This document shows, in pieces, positions 56,388 through 64,000 of a DNA stretch of 64,000 nt; the first letter of the stretch is position 1, and the number at the start of each line of letters is the position of its first letter. This DNA is from a virus. The notes below the pieces were generated by a model. The model saw only the letters and a list, made by a program, of their open reading frames with translations. It searched no databases and had not been told where the DNA came from. Position numbers and translations under genes: made by a program. The stretch is from positions 31,131-95,130 of IMG/VR virus record IMGVR_UViG_3300047469_000197. One strand, 5' to 3'.

Positions 56388-57970
56388 ACGAGCTGGAGCA
56401 GCTGGTCATCATTGAGCAACGACACCGCGCCCGCTTCACTGTTAGCAAGATACTCAAATGCTGATGAGAAAACTTCAGTCGCATAGGCTGCGTGAGTATC
56501 CCGTGAGTTTTTTGCAGCATACACCTTACCAACATACGGTGACGAGAGGGCGTCAGTGATACCGACCTCATCATCAGAATAGTTGCTGTAGTAAAACTTA
56601 TTTAGTGGCCTGATGGCCGTTCTGTCACCGCCAGCACGGCCTGTAAGATAGGATGTAGCCATTTTCAGCGCATCAGGATTGCTGTATTCAAAGTGATGCC
56701 CCACTTCATGCCACAATACTTTTTTGCCCCCGCGCGGGTTAAGCGCAATGACTTTCTTGGCCTGATGCGCAAATGACCGGCCACGATTAAGATCGATTGC
56801 TTTAAGGGTCTTGAGTTGCCCACCAGCCAGCTTGTAGACGGCTTTAAGATCATCAATAAATGCCCCGTCCCGCCCCTCGCGCTCGTTATATTCATTCATC
56901 AGTTTTTTGCTGATCTTAATCCCGCTCACCCACTCTGCGGCATCAGCATCACTCACTACGTCCGTGCTGAGCAGCTTCTCACGCATTTCATCAATAATCG
57001 GCGCGACTTTGCTGATTGGTGTGGCGATAAAATCTTTGAGCCATGAAGCAGCGCCTTTGCTGGTGATGTTGTTTTGCAGATAGTTCTGACAGCCGTTGAG
57101 CTCTGCCGCACTACCAAAACCGAACCGCCCATTAATCAGCGCATCAACAACTTTTTCATGGTTGCTGCCGAACTGCGTTTTTACGTTCAACCATTCCAGT
57201 GAGTCCGCATTAGCCACATCCAGCGTTTGAACCACCAGCTGCTTGGCTTCAGCCATCGCGGCTGAAACGGGAGTGGTCAACCCCTCAAGCATTGCCGCGC
57301 CATCGTGCTGCATCGGAGCGAGTTTCTGTCCCGCTTGTTCCTGCGTTAGGGTCGCTGCATTTACGCGATCGTCGCTGGTGGCCATCATCATAAAAATATT
57401 GGCGGCAGAGTTATTAAGCAGGTCGCCAGCGCGGTTTAGGATCATCATCACAACACCGCCTTTCAAGGATCCATCAGCTTCCTGAATGGACTTGACGATA
57501 GCCGATATTACGCGGGCGGCTGCATCGCGATCCTCAACCGTTTTAGCATCACGCCATGCCTGTATTGCAGGCCGAATGCGGAACAGATCACCGGACACGA
57601 ATATGAACTTCCAGGCACGTTCTGTGCCGAGATATACCCAGCTGAGGTTCAGCAACTTCGCTGCAGACACCGCGAAATCCATGAACATCATGGATGAGTT
57701 CATAAACATATTTTGTTTGGCTGACTTCAGGGTTTTCCCCATCAATGCGGTTGTCATGGCGGTGAAGGCCAGGATTTCCGTTTCACTGGGCTCAGCCTGC
57801 TGTAACAGTTTGCTGAGCTTGCTAAATATAAATCGCTCATCCCCGCCAATTGGCCCATCGCCCCAGAATCCGCCGATCGCTTCAGCGACTTCGCCGGCCG
57901 ACTGGCATCCGCCAATGATCGCCTTGGTTATCTTATTCGTTTTAGGCGCTTTGAGAGTCGTTTTAAGCAT
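56354..57970 (-). CDS. ddrB: DdrB-like protein with HExxH motif
   Basis: Follows ddrA; LWHEVGHHFEYSNP..YVGKVY..TEVFS. Confidence 0.7.
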   Translation of the reverse strand: MLKTTLKAPKTNKITKAIIGGCQSAGEVAEAIGGFWGDGPIGGDERFIFSKLSKLLQQAEPSETEILAFTAMTTALMGKTLKSAKQNMFMNSSMMFMDFAVSAAKLLNLSWVYLGTERAWKFIFVSGDLFRIRPAIQAWRDAKTVEDRDAAARVISAIVKSIQEADGSLKGGVVMMILNRAGDLLNNSAANIFMMMATSDDRVNAATLTQEQAGQKLAPMQHDGAAMLEGLTTPVSAAMAEAKQLVVQTLDVANADSLEWLNVKTQFGSNHEKVVDALINGRFGFGSAAELNGCQNYLQNNITSKGAASWLKDFIATPISKVAPIIDEMREKLLSTDVVSDADAAEWVSGIKISKKLMNEYNEREGRDGAFIDDLKAVYKLAGGQLKTLKAIDLNRGRSFAHQAKKVIALNPRGGKKVLWHEVGHHFEYSNPDALKMATSYLTGRAGGDRTAIRPLNKFYYSNYSDDEVGITDALSSPYVGKVYAAKNSRDTHAAYATEVFSSAFEYLANSEAGAVSLLNDDQLLQLVCGFLKGVHGL

Positions 57971-58021
57971 GTTTTACTCTTTAAGTGTACCTACGCCCTC
58001 CGGCGTAGGTGTTGGCGCGTC

Positions 58022-58393
58022 TCAGGCTGCTACAGCCGCCCTGTCGTTAACCCAAGTGATGGCTCCTGCTTTAACGTCATCCAGCGTCAGGTAAATTCCC
58101 ACATACTGATCCAGCGTGTTCAGCGTTGTGACAAACTCACTATCCTGTTGCGTGGTGAATTTACCCGCCAGGAAATCAGTAACGATTTCTGGCTGAACAT
58201 CAGCGGGTTTTGGAGGCTCAGGGTCAGCTGGTGGCGGCGAGACAGCCGCAGCGCCATAGCCGAGCTTGACCAATACCTCATCCACTTTGTCGCCAATATC
58301 GAGTAGGTCCAGCCCTTTGGCGGTTTTAGCCTGCTCCAGCAGGCTATCCAGTTCATCGCTCAGATCGAGCCGTTCTAATGCGGTTAAAGCCAT
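58022..58393 (-). CDS. ddrA: DdrA
   Basis: MALTALERLDLSDELDSLL..GLDLLD..VTDFLAGKF; coupled to darA. Confidence 0.8.
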   Translation of the reverse strand: MALTALERLDLSDELDSLLEQAKTAKGLDLLDIGDKVDEVLVKLGYGAAAVSPPPADPEPPKPADVQPEIVTDFLAGKFTTQQDSEFVTTLNTLDQYVGIYLTLDDVKAGAITWVNDRAAVAA

Positions 58394-61300
58394 TAAGCTG
58401 CACCCCGCGCCACTGCGGCCAGCAGATCAGAGAGTTTCTGCGCCGCTGCATTCACCAAGTCTTCGTTTTCCTCGTAAACACCTGCGTCCGTCAGGGCCGT
58501 GATGGCCGCGCGCACGTTACCGCGGGCGGTGCGGATTTCGATCATGTCGCCTGAATTCATCTGCGCCACCTCCTTTAGATAGTCGATAGCCTTCTGTGCG
58601 GCGCTGTCGGCTTCGGTCTTCGGCGGTTCAGGGTCGGTTACTGGCGGTGGTGTTGTCACAGGTGCGGCTTCTTTAAGCGTTGGGAACGGTGATCCAAAGT
58701 CAATTGCTGACTTCACCCGCGATATGTTTTCCTGGCTGGCGCTCACAGCCAGTTTGTCCGCCATTTCCATCAGCTCGTCGTTGCTGATGTGCTGGCCGTC
58801 TGCCCAGTTTGAGATCGAATCAACACTATGACCGGTGAAGCTGGCCAGCAGCGCTGCAGCTTTGCCGAATGTATCCATCTCATTATCCGGGGTGACGTCT
58901 GGCACGGGGACCGGGTCTGGGATTGGCGCAGGTTTGGCCGGAGTGTCATCAATCGCCTTGAAGGTTTCGCCGCTCAGGTGGATCGAGGTGACTCCCAGCC
59001 CTTTAGCCTTAATCAGTTCAAGGTCCGCAGGGGTTGCGCTGTACTTAAGCGAAAGGTGCGGCAGATACTCAGGGTATGAATGCGCCCCGCCCGCAGCGGT
59101 GAGCTCATCAAAGCGCTTCTTGAGGTCTGCGCTATCCAGAATTGCCACTAACGCCTCATTTGGCGCATTGCCAATGATCTTGTATTCGCCGGTCAACCGT
59201 GCCAAATAGGTGCGGCCTGGCTCTGGCTGGATGAAGATCGAATGATCTTTGGAGTACATGAGGGTTACGTGCAGCTTCTCAGGAGTGATGCCGCCATTAA
59301 TCCCCAGAGCGCTGACCTGATCTGCAACCGCTCCAGCCTCAGCTACTGTTGGCTTAACGCTTACATAGCCATTGTTCCCACCTTCTGTGGGTGCCGGGAT
59401 AGCCGGTGCTACAGGTGGGGTCGGTGCATCATCGGTTTTACCATTAACCCAGCGCTCCTTGAGATCCTTCCAGTCGCCCATGAATACCGATTTGTCGCCG
59501 CGGTCGACGCCAAAGGCAACGCTGATTTCGCCCTCATGTTTTCCATCTTCTTCGACGTCCGCAGAATCGTAGTCCTTCGACAGCTCCTTATCAGCCCAGC
59601 GAATGAAGTCCTCCGGGCCTTCGATCCACATCATTAGCCGACCATCGCGCGGTAGCCCCTCGCCTTTGGTCTGCTCAAATGCGCGCGCAACAAGACTGCG
59701 CTTGGAAGGTTTGACGGGTGGAGTCTGTTCGACTGGCGGCACAGCAGCTGGCGGGGCAAATTTCGCGGCACCCTTCCCGGTAAGGATCTCATCATCCTTG
59801 CGTAGAACGTAGATGTACTGGAGGCCAGAGATTTTAAAGCGCTGCATACCGAACCCAGCAGCCATAGCGGCTTTCACCATCTGATAGCGCGATTCTGCAA
59901 ACTCCGGGTTACTGGTCGCGGACTGGCCATTAATTTTGAACTTCGCGGCGGCAACGATATCGTTGAGCGTGGATTGCGTGTACCAAATCGGGTTATCTCC
60001 GCTGGTGGCACCTTTTGCGATCGTCGGCATCGCCGCGCCCGTCTGGATACTTTCCAGTGGAACAGTGTCGCCGTCTGAGAGCTGCACGCCGCTGTTATCG
60101 TCTGGCTTGGGTGTGTCATCAACTGGTGCCGGTGGCGGAGCCGGGTTGTCTTTCTTGACCTGCTTGAAAAATTCCATGTAGCGAAGAGAGGCTTTGCTGC
60201 CCATATTCTGGCGAATCGTCTGGAAGCCACCAGCATCTTTCATGCTCTGCGGAAGCTTATCCGCCTTTGGCGCGTCATCGGCGAGATAGTCCAGGTAAAA
60301 CGCATTTTCATTGCCAGGGTAAGCCTGAATCAGCGGGATCAAATCGTTTAGCAAGGCGTTGAAACTAGAAGTCGTCTGCTTCTTCTGGAAATCCACCAGC
60401 TCAAACTGCGCAACGTCACCCGCATCGAGCGGAGAAGCGTAGGCAACAGCACCGTTACGATAGTCAGACGGGTCGAAATCTTTCGCTTTCACGATCGGTA
60501 GCTCTGCTGCTTCTTCAACTGTTGCGATAACAGCAGGCTTCGGCTCCTGCGGCAAAGCGCCGGGGCCAGCCGGACGTGCGCGCAAGCCATACCAATACAG
60601 TGATCTCGGACCGGGATCGTTAGACGGCGGCGGTACAGAATTACGGGCCTTCAGCGCCGGGATATCGCTCAGGTCAGACACCTGCCCTTTGTACATGATG
60701 AGGTCTTTCAGGTCGGACACGTCGACCGTGTCGAGACGGCTGGCAAGGTCAGTCAGATCGCCAGTCGGGATGTTCTGGTTATAAGCCCAGTTAGCCACAT
60801 AGGTGTCTTTGTAACCGGATTTAGCCTGGATGGAGGTCAGGGCATCGGCACGCGCTTTACGATCGGCCATCTGTGCCGCTGCAGCGTCATCTTTTTTCTG
60901 TTGGGCGGCGGCGAGCTGGCTTTGCAGTTCAATGTTGAGCTCGTCCTGCTTGTCGGCCTTGTTGGTCAGATCCGAAAGCGTTTGTGAGTCCGCCTGAATC
61001 GAAGCATTCATCTGGTCGCCCTGCTCTACCAATGAAGCCTGTTGCTCTTCCAGCTTATCGCCGGCTTCTTGCATCGTAGCGATCTCGGCTTTGATAGCGT
61101 TCTGCTTTGCCTGCGCATGCTGGAATTTAGCGGTGTTTCGCTCAATGAGGTTAGACAGAGCAGTCGTAACCACTTTCAGCGAAATATCGCGCCCATTGGA
61201 CGGGGAAACCACGTGCGTGACGTCTTTTTTGTTCAGCAGGAACTGGAACGCTACCAGTGTGTCGGTTGCGGTGATGCTGCTGGCATTCCCGGTAGGGCTA

Positions 61301-61749
61301 TGGAAAACCAGCGTAACGGTCTGGCCATCAGACAGCGGGATAATCGCAGGCATAACAGCGAGCCCCTGAACCTTACGGACGCGACCAATGTTGGCGCCAC
61401 CCATCGCCTGGCTACCATCATCAGACTCTCCGGACGTGTCATTTCCAGCGGTGATGCCTGAACCGTTCAGAGACTGGTTTAGTGCCCGGATAAAGGCACG
61501 CATGCTGCCGGACAGTCGGGCGCGCGTGCTGGTGATGGCTTCGAACATCTGCGCGTTCTGTTCAATGAGGACCGGCACGTCGTAGAAATACGTCGACTCG
61601 ATGTCTGCCATGTTCACGGCTTCCACCATGAAATGCTCCCCTTCGCCCTGGTACAGTTCGTTAAAGAACGTATCGGGGATCATGATTGCCGGGATGTCCT
61701 GACGGTTTTGCAACAACATCCCTTTGCTGAGGTTGATATCACGCAGCAT
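58393..61749 (-). CDS. darA: DarA internal head antirestriction protein, extended with extra domains
   Basis: DarA_N (IIPLSDGQTVTLVFHSP..FQFLLNKKDVTHVVSP), coiled coil, DarA_C-like (YWYGLRARPAGPGALP), inserted 2H domain, C-terminal NAAAQKLSDLL. Confidence 0.9.
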   Translation of the reverse strand: MLRDINLSKGMLLQNRQDIPAIMIPDTFFNELYQGEGEHFMVEAVNMADIESTYFYDVPVLIEQNAQMFEAITSTRARLSGSMRAFIRALNQSLNGSGITAGNDTSGESDDGSQAMGGANIGRVRKVQGLAVMPAIIPLSDGQTVTLVFHSPTGNASSITATDTLVAFQFLLNKKDVTHVVSPSNGRDISLKVVTTALSNLIERNTAKFQHAQAKQNAIKAEIATMQEAGDKLEEQQASLVEQGDQMNASIQADSQTLSDLTNKADKQDELNIELQSQLAAAQQKKDDAAAAQMADRKARADALTSIQAKSGYKDTYVANWAYNQNIPTGDLTDLASRLDTVDVSDLKDLIMYKGQVSDLSDIPALKARNSVPPPSNDPGPRSLYWYGLRARPAGPGALPQEPKPAVIATVEEAAELPIVKAKDFDPSDYRNGAVAYASPLDAGDVAQFELVDFQKKQTTSSFNALLNDLIPLIQAYPGNENAFYLDYLADDAPKADKLPQSMKDAGGFQTIRQNMGSKASLRYMEFFKQVKKDNPAPPPAPVDDTPKPDDNSGVQLSDGDTVPLESIQTGAAMPTIAKGATSGDNPIWYTQSTLNDIVAAAKFKINGQSATSNPEFAESRYQMVKAAMAAGFGMQRFKISGLQYIYVLRKDDEILTGKGAAKFAPPAAVPPVEQTPPVKPSKRSLVARAFEQTKGEGLPRDGRLMMWIEGPEDFIRWADKELSKDYDSADVEEDGKHEGEISVAFGVDRGDKSVFMGDWKDLKERWVNGKTDDAPTPPVAPAIPAPTEGGNNGYVSVKPTVAEAGAVADQVSALGINGGITPEKLHVTLMYSKDHSIFIQPEPGRTYLARLTGEYKIIGNAPNEALVAILDSADLKKRFDELTAAGGAHSYPEYLPHLSLKYSATPADLELIKAKGLGVTSIHLSGETFKAIDDTPAKPAPIPDPVPVPDVTPDNEMDTFGKAAALLASFTGHSVDSISNWADGQHISNDELMEMADKLAVSASQENISRVKSAIDFGSPFPTLKEAAPVTTPPPVTDPEPPKTEADSAAQKAIDYLKEVAQMNSGDMIEIRTARGNVRAAITALTDAGVYEENEDLVNAAAQKLSDLLAAVARGAA

Positions 61750-62374
61750 TTTGGCTCTCCATCGTTTTGATTTTGTCTTGCAGCTGGGCGGTCAATGCTT
61801 GCGCGGTGGCATAGCGCGTCTGTGCGGCTGCAATGCGTTGCTGAATGTTTGAGGATTGTGCCGTGTACTTTGCAACTTCATCCGAAATGGCCTTGGTACT
61901 GGTGGCCAGCTGGTCACGGCGATCTCTGGCTTCCTTCAGGCGCTGTACGTTGGATTTAACAGCCGCTCGGTTGTCGGAGGTGTCAATCACGCGCTTCGCC
62001 TTTCTCGCCAGACCATCCGTGAACTTTTGCGAGTTCTGCTTAACGATGGTGCTGAGCGAGTCGGCCACTTTAGCGAGCGTGTCGGCATGCTGGACGGGAA
62101 TGGATCTGCCATTGAGCTTAAAGCTCGCCAGGTCGCCGGAGTCGTTAACGGCGATCTTCACTTCCTGCTGATCCTGGAAGCGAAGAACAGCGGTTTTTAC
62201 CTTGATGCCGTTAGAGTTCGTCGGGCGATTGCTGGCATCAACGTTCTCGACCGTCAGGCCAGCTTTCCCCAAGGCATCGATGAAAGGCTTAAGCCCTTTC
62301 TCAGTGACCTGGTTGAAGTCCAGTAAGGCATACTGATTACCGTTAGATGAATGGAGGCCGGGAGTTTTAATCAT
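61739..62374 (-). CDS. hdf: Hdf (homologue of darA fragment)
   Basis: Likely start MIKTPG; YALLDFNQVTEKGLKP, VNDSGDLASFKLNG. Confidence 0.85.
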   Translation of the reverse strand: MIKTPGLHSSNGNQYALLDFNQVTEKGLKPFIDALGKAGLTVENVDASNRPTNSNGIKVKTAVLRFQDQQEVKIAVNDSGDLASFKLNGRSIPVQHADTLAKVADSLSTIVKQNSQKFTDGLARKAKRVIDTSDNRAAVKSNVQRLKEARDRRDQLATSTKAISDEVAKYTAQSSNIQQRIAAAQTRYATAQALTAQLQDKIKTMESQNAA

Positions 62375-62807
62375 GTTGGGAATCCCGTACCAGCTGAATA
62401 TTGAGTTCTTTTTCCACAACCAGCTCCATAGGGAAGATGCGATAAAGTGGGTTGAAGAAAGAGTCACCGTGCACGACTTTGACTCGGACAATCCAGACGC
62501 CGTCCGGACTAACCTTACTGGCGGGAATGTCGAGGTATTCGCAATTCTCACCCGTGCGCGAGTGCTCAAGCGTTCTACGGCCACCCGCAATAACGGTGGT
62601 AGGAAAACGTTTGTCGCGCAGTGAATACTCAATCGTTGCGCCCTTCAGACGGTTAAATTTAACGTTGAAGAAGAACGGAATACGCACATGCTCATTCTCA
62701 ACTTTATGATCGCCGGCACGCAATTTAGTGATGTTCGACCGCGGCAAACAAAAGCGGTCACCAATCATGTAAATTGCAGCGGCTGAAATGATGATCCCAC
62801 CTATCAT
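62367..62807 (-). CDS. lydB: LydB antiholin
   Basis: N-terminal TM, NPLYRIFP; between lydA and hdf. Confidence 0.8.
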   Translation of the reverse strand: MIGGIIISAAAIYMIGDRFCLPRSNITKLRAGDHKVENEHVRIPFFFNVKFNRLKGATIEYSLRDKRFPTTVIAGGRRTLEHSRTGENCEYLDIPASKVSPDGVWIVRVKVVHGDSFFNPLYRIFPMELVVEKELNIQLVRDSQHD

Positions 62808-63130
62808 TTGCCCCCCTTAGAAAAGAGCTGAACTAAAACTTTGCCGATTGCCTCGGTATTGAGACGTTTGGCCATGTGAATGATTTCATTTCCGTTATTG
62901 CTCGAAAGCAGGACGGAAAAGTAGATGATTGGTTGATCTAAGTGGTTATGCTTCCCCACGTAGAAAGCCATCAGCCCCGCAGTAACAGCGATAAAAGTTT
63001 CCGTAAAAAAATCCAAAACAGTTCCTTTAATCCTGCCCTCCCTGATCCCCATGAGGAAAACGCCAATACCACTCAGGATCGAAAGCGCGACAGCGACGGC
63101 AATCGGTATTAATTCGGTGGTGTTGAGCAC
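62804..63130 (-). CDS. lydA: LydA holin
   Basis: MLNTTELIPIAVAVALSILSGIGVFLM, AVTAGL, SNNGNE. Confidence 0.85.
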   Translation of the reverse strand: MLNTTELIPIAVAVALSILSGIGVFLMGIREGRIKGTVLDFFTETFIAVTAGLMAFYVGKHNHLDQPIIYFSVLLSSNNGNEIIHMAKRLNTEAIGKVLVQLFSKGGK

Positions 63131-63219
63131 CTCTTTCCCCTATTGGTTGTCTTTGTCGTTGCCGGGATTTTATGGAAAGTAGCATTTGCGGCGTGAGTGA
63201 TTACGCCGCAGGGAAGGAA

Positions 63220-63780
63220 TCAATTGGGGTAAGTGGAGGCGGGGAAATATTTGTAGATTGTTGGTAATGATACATCGTAAAGCAGGGCCAACTGCTTACG
63301 GTCGATGCCCTTCTTAATCAGGCGCTCAGCTTGCTCAACAACTGTAGGCGTCATCTTGGCCCTTCTTCCGCCAATTCTGCCTTTCGCACGCGCCGCCGCC
63401 AGGCCAGCCAAAGTTCGCTCTAAATTAAGTTCTTTTTCCATTTCAGCGAAAGCGCACATGATATGAAAGGCAAAGCGTCCCATCGGTGTATTCGTATCAA
63501 TGTTGTCCGTGATACTGATGAGATGAACGCCACGGGCGCGCATTTCTGTTACCAGAGAAACCAGATTCATGACGCTGCGGCCAAGCCTGTCTAATTTCCA
63601 AATAACCAAGGAGTCACCCGACTTAAGGGCTTTCATTGCCTTTGTCAGGCCCGGTCGTTTTCCCTTCATTCCGCTCATTTTATCTTCAAAAATCTGAGCG
63701 CATTCTAAACGATTCAAGGCTTCTCGCTGCAAATCGGTATTTTGGTCGATTGTTGAAACCCTGATGTAACCAATTTTCAC
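63220..63780 (-). CDS. cin: Cin-type serine DNA invertase
   Basis: IGYIRVSTIDQN, WKLDRLGRS, GRIGGRR, HTH ending YKYFPA. Confidence 0.93.
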   Translation of the reverse strand: MKIGYIRVSTIDQNTDLQREALNRLECAQIFEDKMSGMKGKRPGLTKAMKALKSGDSLVIWKLDRLGRSVMNLVSLVTEMRARGVHLISITDNIDTNTPMGRFAFHIMCAFAEMEKELNLERTLAGLAAARAKGRIGGRRAKMTPTVVEQAERLIKKGIDRKQLALLYDVSLPTIYKYFPASTYPN

Positions 63781-63866
63781 CCAATCCCCCTCTCTCTAAG
63801 TACCATTCAAAAATGAGATCATGAAGGATCATTCCTAAAAGCGCACTTAATAAAACTTCAGTCTCA

Positions 63867-63892
63867 TTAAATTAAACCTTGGTTTTTCTGAA
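63867..63892. other. cix/hix-type 26-bp inversion crossover site
   Basis: Reverse complement TTCAGAAAAACCAAGGTTTAATTTAA fits the hix/gix/cix AAACC-AAGGTTT core. Confidence 0.85.
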
Positions 63893-64000
63893 GAGGTTTC
63901 AGCGCTAATTGAAACGCTCCATGGTTCGCAAACTTTTACCACAAGTGGTTATTTCACAGTCCCTGAAGGGGTCTATACGGTTTACCTATCAGGTTGTGGC
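63875..64000 (+). CDS. Start of silent variable tail-fibre segment (Sv'-like), partial
   Basis: Frame through cix: NLGFSEEVSALIETLHGSQTFTTSGYFTVPEGVYTVYLSGCG; no start codon. Confidence 0.7.

Noticed and set aside
63167-63185. Lpa-dependent late promoter upstream of lydA (minus strand ATGCTACTT-N4-TAAAAT)
   Set aside because: Resembles the P1 AAGTTACTT element, but I could not find consistent copies at other late genes
63220-63780. Serine recombinase as a transposon resolvase
   Set aside because: Adjacent cix site, tail-fibre frame and lydA synteny indicate a Cin invertase; no transposase in the window

Overview
The window is about two-thirds of a P1/D6-like phage-plasmid (temperate myovirus kept as a plasmid) from an enterobacterial host. 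Recognisable P1-type modules, in rearranged order: mat, ref, cre with a 34-bp lox-like site, coi and c1, pacB/pacA with GATC-rich pac clusters, lpa, tciA/B, the pmg cluster, lxc-ulx-darB, portal and prohead protease, repL, an iteron repA replicon, endolysin, ddrB-ddrA-darA-hdf, lydB/lydA, and cin with a cix site and the start of a tail-fibre cassette. Most notable: (1) DarA is a multi-domain polyprotein carrying an Acb1-like 2H phosphodiesterase, and a separate Acb2 sponge heads the repL operon. (2) A phage-encoded CMP-Kdo synthetase (kdsB) lies downstream of two Maf/sialyltransferase-like genes and a GT-A glycosyltransferase. (3) A divergent Cre has a 13-8-13 site I do not recognise. (4) A candidate divergent type I toxin-antitoxin locus sits between a ProQ/FinO gene and the replicon. 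(5) There are two operator networks: about 16 asymmetric 17-bp C1-type sites and 4 ATGCTC-N4-GAGCAT palindromes. (6) ParM/ParR partition genes and a Tlde1 moron are present. Homology calls come from motifs, synteny and remembered family sequences; no database search was run.
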